A DNA stretch of 64,000 nucleotides from Malacoraja senta. Taxonomy: Eukaryota. Below the pieces are notes generated by a model that was given only the letters and a program-made list of their open reading frames with translations, did no database searches and was not told the origin of the DNA. Positions within the stretch are counted from its first letter, which is position 1. Each line of letters begins with the position of its first letter. This document shows positions 52,441 through 64,000 of this stretch, in pieces. Location of the stretch: assembly GCA_038087875.1 (NCBI GenBank), contig CM075999.1, forward strand, positions 4,280,001 to 4,344,000, given 5' to 3'. A program made the position numbers and the translations under genes.

Positions 52441-55400
52441 ATATCACGGACCGCCAGAGGACAGGCTCAATGCCATGAGCACCGGAGCAATGACATTCCT
52501 CCTCACAGCAGTGCCACGGGCCCGTGAACGCAATACACGTAGATATATAGATATATAATAAACAAAAGATCAATATATTAATAACTCCAATACTGGTGCA
52601 AATAAATCCCCAAAGCCCTGAGTGCAACAAAAGAAATCAATAGTTCATTGCTGAGGTGAGTGTTGTGCAGCGTTCAATACCTAATGGTTGCTGGAAGAAC
52701 CTGTTCCTGAACCTGGAGCTCACGGTTTTCCAGCTCCTGTACCTTCTTCCCGATGGTAGCAGCGAGATGAGAGCGGGGCCAGGGTGGTGTGGGTCATTGG
52801 GTCAGGGTGGTGTGGGTCTCTGGATGACTATCACAACTTCCATGTCATCCCCTTCATTAATACCCAGACACTTCCTTCAATTCCCCATTCTCCCTCTTCT
52901 TTCTGTCTCCTCCCTCTCCACTTTCCTCCACTGTGGTGGCCATGGACACGGAATAAACGGGATAAACAGGGGAGTTTGTGTCTCGTTTGTCATGTGTACC
53001 GAGGTACAGTGAAAAGCTCACCTTGGGTGGAGTGCAGCATCTCTGTTAAATCGACCCTCAGCCGAGCAGAGTCCACTCTGAAAAGTGCCCCAGCCATGGA
53101 CAGGACTCGACCCTTAGGCTCCAGTGCAGAGGTCAGAGGTTGAAACGCCAGGAGTGATGATTTTCCTTATTAATTCACGGAAACGTTAAATGGAAGAAAA
53201 GTTCTGATGAACAATTCCCCTAAAACATGAAGTCTGTTACACCTTCTGATGCTGCCTGATACAACACTATGATTTAATTTAAGGGATTTCTGTCATAAGT
53301 CAGGGAGATTCATTGATGGGAAAGGACTTTCTGGGAACACGTCAGAGCAGCCCATAAACCTAAATGGTTTTGATTTGAAGCAGACGTGTGATTTGTGGCC
53401 AAACCCTGAGGGGCCGGGTCAGGGCTGAAGTTGTGTTTGGCTCAATCCCTCCGTAAACAAACGGCATCATTCCAACTACACCATCGTCATGACAACAAGC
53501 TGCACAAGGCTTTCCAAATGCCATGTGATGTCTTAACAACAAGAATACATTTAGTTTAGTTTAGAGTTTAGAGATACAGTGCAGAAACTGGCCCTTCAGC
53601 CCACTGGGTTTGCACCGACCAGCGATCCCCACACATTAACACTATCCTACACCCACTAGGGACAATTTTTACATTTACCAAGCCAATTAACCTACAAACC
53701 TTTATGTCTTTGGTGAATATTGGCAAATATCTGGGGACAGGTTAGTCTGTCGCTCCACACACATCACAGGAGGGTAAGTCAGTGTGTGAAGGTGATAAGT
53801 TCATGTCCTAGACTCACCAGGCAAGGAGACAGATATCAGCTGGTGTTGTCAAGAACATCCAGAAAAGCCAGCCCTCTGATCCTGGGCTATTTATCAAACA
53901 GTTATCCAAAGTAAGCTTTCCTCTTTAACCATGTTCTGGAAGCATCTATTTATATTGAAGTTCCCAGAGGACTAGGGGTGCCTCATGGGAAGGGCCATCT
54001 CTGGAGGCCCAGCCTCTACTGCCCACCCCTGGAGAGAGAAGAAAGCTGCCCTCAGAACCACGACATGCTGTGGAACAGTCTGACCAGGGTGGGGAGAGCA
54101 CCAATGACCATGCAAGGATGGTGACGCACTTCCAAGTCAGAATGGAGTGATTGTGAGGGGAACCTGCAAGCGGTGGTGCTGCCCTGTCCTGTCCTGTCCT
54201 GTCCTGTCCTGTCCTGGGGCAGTGCAAGGTGTGAGTGAGCAGGTGCTGCCTGTTGTATGTTGTATACAGTGCAGTCAGGGGCAGGCTGGGCTGGTGGGCA
54301 GAGTGCGGTACCCTCCACACCAGGGCCCCGATGCAGAGGGGCACAATCCCTGCGCAGAGGGACCCCCACTGTGGGGGGGTCAATGGATCAATTATTTGTG
54401 ATTAATAATGGGGGCTGATTTGTTCTGGATGGTCTTGCCCTTCCTGAGCAGTGGAAGATCTGCAAGTGGAGAATGCTCCTGATGTGCCTTATGGACGGTG
54501 AAACATCCTGGGGCATTGAGCAGTTACACGCAACATGCCCAGTCTCTGAACCTGTCTGTGTCGCCAGCTACAGGCCGATGATCATCCCATTGGCCGCACG
54601 TCTTCAGTGTGGTGAGGCTGTGACTATTTTCCAGCCTCCACTTGGTGCATCCCTGAGAACAATCACCTTGTCCAGTAGATCTCCTCCAATCCTCACCCCA
54701 CCCCACCCCTCACTCCCATCCCCCACCCCCACCCCTCACCCCCAGCTCCAGCCTGTGAAACATGGTGCCCAGAGTTGTCGGTATCAGTGTATTACCCAGG
54801 TAAGGGTTGATTATTGTCACGTTTACCCAGAGGCGACGTATGCTGGAAACTTGAGCAAGACACAAAGTGCTGGAGGAACAGAGGTCAGGCAGCATCTATG
54901 GGAGGGTCAGTACCCGGCGTCAGGGCGTAGTCAGCATCCACGGATGCTGCTTCACCTGCTGAGTTGTCTGTGAGGGCGTGGGATTGCCACTGAGTGTGGA
55001 GCCTCGAACTGCACCGGCACCTGGAACCAGACGCTGTCCTGGAGAGAATGCAAGGCCAGATGCCACCAAACCCTACATTCTCCTGACCCCCAAATGGCAC
55101 ACGGACTTGGTGAGTAGCAGCATCTGCTGCGGCACTACCAGCGGTCTGGCTCTGATCTCAGCTCCCAATAAGTACAAGCAGGTGAAAATATTTACAAGAG
55201 GTACAGACAGAGTCAGGTTGAATTAATCACATGTTGTTGATGGAAAACACAGCCTTCTTATCACGCATGTTCCTGGCCAGCACATTCCCAATCTGCAGAG
55301 AGTACAAATTCTTTGGCCTGAGTTTTATCCAGAGACAGGCCCTTCACCCCAACTCTCCATACTGCCCCTGATGCCTATCTACACTTTGCTGTATTGGACC

Positions 55401-56264
55401 CATATCCACCCACTCCTTTCCTTTCCAAGTACCTATTCAAATGCTTTGTAACTCTAGTTAAATTTCAATTAGTTTATTGTCATGTGTACCAAGGGCCAGT
55501 GAAAGTTTTGTTAACACTGTATCTGGAGGGCACCACCTCCACAAGCTGCTTGTTCCATTCACCCACCACCCTCTGTGTGAAACAATTGCCCCATCGTTCC
55601 TAAATCTTCCCCGTCTCCTTAAACTGATGCTCTCTAGTTTTAGACGCCACTATCCTCAGAAATAAAGTTTATCTCACCGGTCTATGCTCCTCATAATCTA
55701 ATAAACTTTATAAAGTCACCGTCCATCACTCCAGTGAGAACAATCCTGTCCAATTGCTCCTGATAAACACAGGCCTCCACATCCTGGTAAATCTCCTCTG
55801 CACTCTTTCTGTTGCCTCTACATCCTTCCTGTAATGTGACGACCACAAGTGTACACAAGGCTCCAACTGCAACATCACGTCCCAGTGTTTAGAGTGTATG
55901 TATCAAGCTGAGAAGCCAAGCAGCCAAATATATTCTTCACTACCCTATCCACCTGTGTTGCCATTTTCAGGAAGCCCCAAAGGTTCTGTGTGTATCAAGA
56001 GTCCTAATGCCCTCTGCCAGTATTGGACAACCCGATATTCTTCACCTCACACTTGCCTGCATCATTCCATCTCCCTAACTTTCTCACTGATCTGCATCCT
56101 GCTCTATCTTAGCCAACCTTTACGATATACAATCCACTAATTTTCATCTCATCAGCAAACTTGCTAATCAGCCCACCTACATTTACATCTGTGACCAGAG
56201 ATCTCAACACTGATCCCAGTTGGACACTGATGGGCCATCACCCATCACTACCCTCCATCATCAC

Positions 56265-56847
56265 GTTCAAGTCAAGACAAGTCAAGTGAGTTTATTGTCA
56301 TGTGTCCCAGATAGGACAATGAAATTCTTGCTTTGCTTCAGCACAACAGAATATAGAAGGCATGAATACAAAACAGATCAGTGTGTCCATATACCATTGT
56401 ATAAATATATACACACATGAATAAATAAAACAGATAAAGTGCAAATAAACAGATAATGGGCTATTAATGTTCAGAGTTTTGTTTGAGTTAAGTTCAATAA
56501 CCTGATGGCTGTGGGGAAGTAGCTATTCCTGAACCTGGACGTTGCAGTCTTCAGGCTCCTGTACCTTCTACCTGAAGGTAGCGGGGAGATGAGTGTGTGG
56601 CCAGGATGATGTGGGTCCTTGATGATGCTGCCAGCCTTTTTGAGGCAGCGACTGCGATAGATCCCCTCAATGGTAGGGAGGTCAGAGCCGATGATGGACT
56701 GGGCAGTGTTTACTACTTTTTGTAGTCTTTTTCTCTCCTCGGCGCTCAAGTTGCCGAACCAAGCCACGATGCAACCGGTCAGCATGCTCTCTAATGTGCA
56801 CCTGTAGAAGTTAGAGAGAGTCCTCCTTGACATACCGACTCTCCGTT
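56265..56847 (-). mobile_element. Rex/Babar-type LINE 3' portion
   Basis: NFYRCTLESMLTGCIVAWFG..IIKDPHHPGH..PSGRRYRSL, tail aataaactcacttgacttg. Confidence 0.85.
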
Positions 56848-57513
56848 CTGGACCAACCTGCCATGCAGCACAAAGGCCAAAGCCTTGCTGACGTCACTTA
56901 AACCACCTCTAATGGTTTGACGTTCTCAGCTTTCTGAATTATTTAATCTAAACTCAGTCTGATTTGTGAATCAGGATTTGCCAGGCACAAATCCATGCTG
57001 ACTCCTTCAATCACTCCTTGCTTTCTGAGTAATCATAAATCCTGCTTCCTAGATTTTTTCCAATAATTTCCCTCCCACCAGCCTGAAGTTTGCTGGCTGA
57101 TCCCCACCGCTCCTTTTGATTTGGGGTATAAGGACAGTTGTTATCCTCCAGTCAGCTGTTTCTAATAAAGATGCCAATCTCCATCAGAGGCCCAACCATC
57201 GACCCCAGAGATAGAGCGCAGTTCAATCTTGTTCTCTCTCAATTAATTGGTGTCAGCTGGGACAGGAGATGTTCTGAAATTGTCTGGAAGGAGATTAGAA
57301 GTGATGGAATGTTTTAGAATGATCCTGCTATGAGTGAAATGGAGAGGTAGAGAAACTCAGCCAGCATACCTCTCTCTACCTCTACAGAGTCTGAAAGGAG
57401 CAGCAAATACACAGGTAATGCTGCCAAGGTGAAGATCTCTAACCTGATCTTGCGTAAGCAAAGGTATTGTACAATTCACCTCTATCCCATGGCAGACATT
57501 GGACTTTGTTCCA

Positions 57514-57800
57514 GTTTTAGTTTTAGAGATACAGCGTGGAAACAGGCCCTCTGGCCCAACGAGTCCGCACTGACTAGTGACTAGACACAGTGACTAGACA
57601 CAATGATCACCTGTGGACTGGTTCTATCCTACACTAGGGACAATTAACGGAAGACAATTAACCTACAAATCTTTGGAATGTGGGAGAAAACCAGAGCACC
57701 TAGAGAAAACCCATAAACTCCATACAGGCAGCACCCGTAGTCGGGATCCAAACCTGGGTCTCTGGCGCTGTGAGGCAGCAACTCTACCGCTGCACCACTG
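57514..57800 (-). mobile_element. V-SINE (HE1-like), diverged
   Basis: Alignable by eye with 31224-31510. A partial 3' copy also lies at about 53550-53710. Confidence 0.75.
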
Positions 57801-58102
57801 TCTATGGAATGTTCATGGAACTGAACTGGTGGGCGGCAATGCTGAGAACTCTATTCTGCACTCTGTATCTAACCCTTTGCTCTATCTATTGCCCTTGAGT
57901 TTGACATGATTGTATTTATGTATGCTATATGTGATTTGACTGGACAACATGCAAAACAAAGCTTTTCACTGTACCTCGGTCCACATGACAATAATAAACC
58001 TAAACCTATAGCCAAGGTAGTATGATTATAATAGGATGGTGACGACTAACCATGAGGATCAACATTTGTCAACTGGTCTGGTTACCTAGAGACAAACAAA
58101 CC

Positions 58103-58244
58103 AAACCACACACCAAACCACACACCCACACACACACCCCCCCCCACACACACACACACACACACACACCCACACACCCACACCCCCACACCCACACCCC
58201 CCCACACACACACCCACACACACACCCACACCCACACCCCCCCC

Positions 58245-58333
<89 letters not shown>

Positions 58334-58334
58334 T
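58103..58334. repeat. (CA)n microsatellite
   Basis: Direct reading. Confidence 0.97.
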
Positions 58335-58760
58335 CAACCTCCGCACAGACCTGCTCATTAACAACATGCACGACTGCATTGTAAACATAACAAAGACATG
58401 ACAAGTTGCACATCCAGTCTCCTCGGGTGTCGCGGCTTTCATTACCCGGCCCTTTGGGATGAAGTCAATGATGATAAAGATCAAATTACTGGTTTGCAGA
58501 AACAAATATGTCACCGATCCCGAAACTGTGAGACTGCGTCAATGAGCACAAAAGAGCAGCAGATAGTACAATCATTACAAACCGAACCAACTCATGCACG
58601 AGGTGATGTGTTTCTGCCCCCCTATCACAAGGGTGAACGAGAGAATGTAGCGCAATGCTTCAACTATCTTGCCATTGTGTGCAAGTTAATGAACAATGTG
58701 CAGCTCCCCCACCTCACCCCTCCACCACCCGCCCACTGGTCCAACACTTCCAGTGCTATT

Positions 58761-58791
58761 CTGAAGAAGGGTTTCGGCCCGAAACGTTACC
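58761..58791 (+). ncRNA. Hammerhead ribozyme core motif (5' strand of stem I missing)
   Basis: CUGAAGA-A-GGGU(UUCG)GCCC-GAAAC-GUU-ACC. Confidence 0.55.
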
Positions 58792-58889
58792 TATTTCCTT
58801 CGCTCCATAGATGCTGCTGCACCCGCTGAGTTTCTCCAGCATTTTTGTGTACCTTCGATTTTCCAGCATCTGCAGTTCCTTCTTTAACA
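58762..58889 (+). mobile_element. 128-bp hammerhead-bearing short element with 11-bp TSD
   Basis: cagtgctattc at 58751-58761 and 58890-58900. Confidence 0.75.
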
Positions 58890-58954
58890 CAGTGCTATTC
58901 CCCCTTGTTCACCTGTCCTCCTGTAGTGTGTAGCTAGGTCCTGTTGTCTGTAAC

Positions 58955-59390
58955 CCAGTCCCATTGCCTGTAGCTCTATGTTGTTGCCTGTAGCTCTGTC
59001 CCATTGCCCGTAGCTCTATGTTGTTGCCAGTAGCTCTGTCCCATTGCCTGTAGCTCTGTCCTATTGCCTGTAGCTCTATGTTGTTGCCTGTAGCTTTATG
59101 TTCTTGCCTGTAGCTCTGTCCTATTGCCTGTAGCTGTCCCATTGCCTGTAGCTCTATGTTGTTGCCAGTAGCTCTGTCCCATTGCCTGTAGCTCTGTCCC
59201 ATTGCCTGTAGCTCTATGTTGTTGCCTGTAGCTTTATGTTCTTGCCTGTAGCTCTGTCCTATTGCCTGTAGCTGTCCCATTGCCTGTAGCTCTATGTTGT
59301 TGCCTGTAGCTCTGTCCCATTGCCTGTAGCTGTCCCATTGCCTGTAGCTCTATGTTGTTGCCTGTAGCTCTGTCCCATTGCCTGTAGCTC
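58955..59390. repeat. 20-bp minisatellite with alternating variants
   Basis: ttgcctgtagctctgtccca / ttgcctgtagctctatgttg. Confidence 0.92.
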
Positions 59391-59839
59391 GCAGGACTAC
59401 CAGTCACCCGCACCCCCCTCAGGATATACCGTCAGAGCCGGTGATCCCTGCTGACAGAGCTGAACTCGTCATCATTAAATACAAAGCTATCGCGACAGAG
59501 TTAAAAAACCCATAGATAAATGGAGAGGCCAGTTCAAAGGGTTAAGGCAACTGCACATCAAATCCAACTGCCACCACGTTCAGTCTGAGAAATGCATAAT
59601 CTTTCTATCAGCTCCCTCACATTCTGTACAATAGTACAAATGCAAACTATCTGGAACCTCCTCTGCACCGTCTCCAAAACCTCCATGTCCTCCCTGCAAT
59701 GAGGCGAGCAGAATACGGCCCGACAACGGATTATACAATTGCAACATGATTGCCTGATCTTTATTCACAACAGCCCAGGCGATGGAGGCAAGCACGCTGG
59801 ATGTCCTCGTCCACGTGCTACTGCCTTCAGGGAGTTACG

Positions 59840-60400
59840 GAAAAATAGAAAGTCGAGCAGTAGAAGGCCATTCGGCCCTTCGAGCCAGCACCGCCATTCA
59901 ATACAATCATGGCTGATCATCCAAAATCAGTACCCCGTTCCTGCTTTTTCCCCATATCCCTTGATTCCGTTAGCCCTAAGAGCTAAATCTAACTCTCTCT
60001 TGAAAACATCCAGTGCTATTTCCTTTCAACCGAACAGGGACATAAAGATTCTGTACTCTTAAAATTTCACCTTTAAATGTCCTCCATTTCTCTTCTACAT
60101 CCTTCCCATAAAACAACATGTCCCAATTCACTCCTTTTAAATCCTTTCGCATCTCCTCAAAGTTAGCCTTTCTCCAATCAAAAATCTCAACCCTAGGTCC
60201 AGTTCTGACCCTCTCCATAATTATATTGAAACTAATGGTATTGTGATCACTGGACCTGAAGTGCTCATCGCAGTCCTAAATGGCCGACCCTTTATTCTTA
60301 AACTGTGACCCCTGGTTCTGGACTCTCCCAACATTGGGAACATGTTTCCTGCATCTAGCCTGTCCAATCGTCTCAGAATTGTATATGTTTCTTTAAGCTA
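59840..60400 (-). mobile_element. Chimeric CR1 fragment (3' end with an embedded mid-ORF2 piece)
   Basis: CR1 3' sequence at 59840-60014 and 60268-60400 flanks about 250 bp matching about 62410-62658. Confidence 0.8.
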
Positions 60401-61228
60401 TGACTTGCACCCAAGGTCTCTCGATATTCCAATGTTCCTGGCATTTACTGAATCCTTCCCCTGACATTTGACCTCCCAAGTGTAACACCTCACATCTGCC
60501 CAGTTTAAACTCCACTAGATTGGAGAGGATGTAGAAGAGGTTTACCAAGATATTACCTGAATTAGAATTAGCTATAAGGAGAGGTTGAACAAACTTGGAT
60601 TGAGGTGTGGCCTGGGAGAGGGTTGGACAGGGTAAACAGTCTATCCGAGGACAGATATTAGATTAATACGGGTGTCAGGGGTTGTTATATTCCGGACGGC
60701 AGAATGAATAACAACTTACATGCAGGTTGCCTGGATCACGAGAGAGAGATTTATTACCCAACATTCCCTGCTTATCTTGAACACCAACTCATTAACATAT
60801 ACATAAATATGTATGAATACATTACAGGGGTTATGGGGAGAAGGCAGGAGAATGGGGTTAGGAGGGAGAGATAGATCAGTTGTGATTGAATGGCGGAGTA
60901 GACGATGGGCCGAATGACCTAATTCTACTCCTATCACTTATTAATACATATGATTGTACACATGTGTATGAATGCCAAAGACTTGCGGGCATAGGTTTAT
61001 GGTGAGATGGGAAAGGTTAAAGGATGTTTAAAAAGAGATTTGAATGACATTTACAAGGTGCATTTTTTAGGCAGAGTTGTGTGTGCCTGGAACACGCTGT
61101 CAGAGGAGGCGGTGGAAGCAAAGTTGAAGAAGCATTTATATAGACGATGAACATGCAAGGAATGGAGGGAGACACAAAATGCTGTAGTAACTCAGCGGGT
61201 GTGGCAGCATCTTCGGAGTCAAGGAATG

Positions 61229-61262
61229 GGCGACGTTTCGGGTCGAGACCCTTCTTCAGACA
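61229..61262 (-). ncRNA. Minimal hammerhead ribozyme motif with GUC triplet
   Basis: Minus strand reads UGU-CUGAAGA-A-GGGU(CUCG)ACCC-GAAAC-GUC-GCC. Stem I is only about 2 bp. Confidence 0.6.
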
Positions 61263-62089
61263 GACAAGGAATGTAGGGATATGGATCACGTGCAGGCAGA
61301 TGGGATTGACATGGTGATTGGGCAGTGGACCACAGGGCCAGCTCCCTGTTCTATATGATTGATCAGACTCGACTCTCTGAATGTTATCTGCATTGATATG
61401 CTGCAGTACCTGCGGTGTTTTACAGGGTAAATGGACGTGTGAACAAGCTGCTGTTTGCTCCCCCAGAGCTGGTATCGAGGTTCACACACAGCCCCTCATT
61501 GCATCATCGCCAGTTGGAGATGGAGCGGGGTTGCTGAACTTTCCACACCTGAACCCCCTCAGTAACCCCCCCCCACCCCCCTCCACCAATTCCCGGGGCT
61601 GTCCCAGGGCTGGCCTACCTTTGTCAGCACAACAAGGCGAGCAACAGCCCACAGCAACAAGCTCTGACTCATCCCCAGTACTGCACTGAAATCAAAGGTT
61701 TGGGTGTGTCTCAGTCAGTCCCGCTGCTATTTGCATCTCAAACTAGAATCTAACACAATGTTAAAATGTTTAACCTCTTCACCACCTTTGCCTGGTTTGA
61801 TCTGCAACGCATTGCCTGAATGGTTGGCGTCAGATGGTTCAAAATGGATTTTTATACGGAAGTGGATAAATAATAGAGGTGAGGGATAGAGGTGAGGAAT
61901 GGCAGGCCCTGTGTGCCGCAATAGTTGGGTTGTGGAGAATGTGCAGAAGAGAGTGGATTGGTACATCACTCCTTCAGGCACCGACCAACGGCAAACAGCA
62001 ATAACCAGTGATGTGAACAATGAGATTAAGCAATAAATAGTCAGATGCAGGTGACAGAGCCTAAAGCATGGAAGCAGGCCCTTCGGCCC

Positions 62090-64000
62090 ATCTTTACAAA
62101 GGTGTAGCAACACTTATAGGGGTGTATTATAGACCGCCAAATGGGGAGCGAGAATTGGAAGAGCAAATATGTAAGGAGATAGCAGATATTAGTAGTAAGC
62201 ACAAGGTAGTGATTGTGGGAGATTTCAATTTTCCACACATAGACTGGGAAACACATTCTGTAAAAGGGCTGGATGGTTTGGAGTTTGTAAAATGTGTGCA
62301 GGATAGTTTTTTGCAGCAATACATAGAGGTACCTACTAGAGAAGGGGCAGTGCTGGACCTCCTGTTAGGAAATGAGACAGGGCAGGTGGCGGAGGTATGC
62401 GTCGGGGAGCACTTCGGGTCCAGTGATCACAATACCATTAGTTTCAATATAATTATGGAGAGGGTCAGAACTGGACCTAGGGTTGGGATTTTTGATTTGA
62501 GAAAGGCTAACTTTGAGGAGATGCGAAAGGATTTAAAAGGAGTGAATTGGGACATGTTGTTTTATGGGAAGGATGTGGAAGAGAAATGGAGGACATTTAA
62601 GGGTGAAATTTTAAGAGTACAGAAACTTTATGTCCCTGTTTGGTTGAAAGGAAATAGTAAAAATTGGAAAGAGCCATGGTTTTCAAGGGAAATTGGACAC
62701 TTGGTTCGGAAAAAGAGAGATATCTACAATAATTATAGGCAGCATGGAGTAAATGAGGTGCTTGAGGAGTATAAAGAATGTAAAAAGAATATTAGGAAAG
62801 AAATTAGAAAAGCTAAAATAAGATATGAGGTTGCTTTGGCAAGTAAGGTGAAAGTAAATCCAAAGGGTTTCTACAGCTATATTAATAGCAAAAGGATAAC
62901 AAGGAATAAAATTGGTCCATTAGAGAGTCAGAGTGGACAGCTATCTGCAGAGCCAAAAGAGATGGGGGAGATATTGAACAATTTCTTTTCTTCGGTATTC
63001 ACCAAGGAGAAGGATATGGAATTATGTGAGGTAAGGGAAACAAGCAGAGTAGCAATGGAAACTATGAGCTTCAAAGAAGAGGAGGTGCGGACACTTTTGA
63101 AAAATATGAAAACGGATAAGTCTCCAGATCCTGACAGGATATTCCCGAGGACATTGAGGGAAGTTAGTGTAGAAATAGCAGGGGCTATGACAGAAATATT
63201 TCAAATGTCATTAGAAACGGGAATAGTGCCGGTGGATTGGCGTACTGCGCATGTTGTTCCGTTGTTTAAAAAGGGTTCTAAGAGTAAACCTAGCAATTAT
63301 AGACCTGTTAGTTTGACGTCAGTGGTGGGCAAATGAATGGAAAGGATACTTAAAGATAATATATATAAGCATCTGGATAAGCAGGGTCTGATTAGGAACA
63401 GTCAACATGGATTTGTGCCTGGAAGGTCATGTTTGACTTATCTTCTAGAATTTTTCGAAGAGGTTACTAGGGAAATTGATGAGGGTAAAGCAGTGGATGT
63501 TGTCTATATGGACTTCAGTAAGGCCTTTGACAAGGTTCCTCATGGAAGGTTGGTTCAGAAGATTAAATTGTTGGGTATTAATGGTGGAGTAGCAAGATGG
63601 ATTCAACAGTGGCTGAATGGGAGATGCCAGAGAGTAATGGTGGATGGCTGTTTGTCAGGTTGGAGGCCAGTGACTAGTGGGTGCCTCAGGGGTCTGTGTT
63701 AGGTCCACTGTTGTTTGTCATGTATATCAATGATCTGGATGATGGTGTGGAAAATTGGATTAGTAAGTATGCAGATGATACTAAGATAGGTGGTGTGTTG
63801 GATAATGAAGTACATTTTCAAAGTCTACAGAGAGATTTAGGCCATTTGGAAGAGTGGGCTGAAAGATGGCAGATGGAGTTTAATGCTGATAAATGTGAGG
63901 TACTACATCTCGGCAGGACAAATCAAAATATGACGTACATGGTAAATGGTAGAGATTTGAGGAATGCAGTTGAACAGAGGGATCTAGGAATAACTGTGCA
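62090..64000 (+). mobile_element. CR1 LINE ORF2 (endonuclease + RT), inactivated, runs off the window
   Basis: GVYYRPP, GDFN, SDH, NYRPVSLTS, QHGF, DFSKAFDKV, KYADDTK. Stop at 63334-63336 and frameshift near 63680. Confidence 0.95.

Overview
Repeat-rich vertebrate DNA, most likely a cartilaginous fish (skate/ray-like, inferred from the CR1, V-SINE and Rex/Babar repeat set). The window holds one protein-coding gene on the minus strand, KIAA1522/NHSL3 (NHS family of actin/WAVE regulators). I reconstructed it by hand as 7 phase-compatible GT-AG exons: 46627-46528, 14002-13841, 11100-11030, 10219-10075, 8841-8716, 7683-3872 and 1691-1648 (about 1490 aa). The 3.8-kb exon carries at least 5 frameshifts, several in G/C homopolymers and probably assembly errors. 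The rest is intronic or upstream sequence with CR1 LINEs (one near full-length), Rex/Babar and L2 fragments, V-SINEs, a non-autonomous Helitron and many mini/microsatellites, several amplified from TE pieces. The most notable hidden signal is that the abundant short, often palindromic repeat family carries a minimal type-I hammerhead ribozyme motif (CUGAAGA-A-stem II-GAAAC-GUH) of the Penelope/retrozyme type. Three copies have an intact core and one is flanked by an 11-bp target-site duplication. Most ORFs in the supplied track are spurious.
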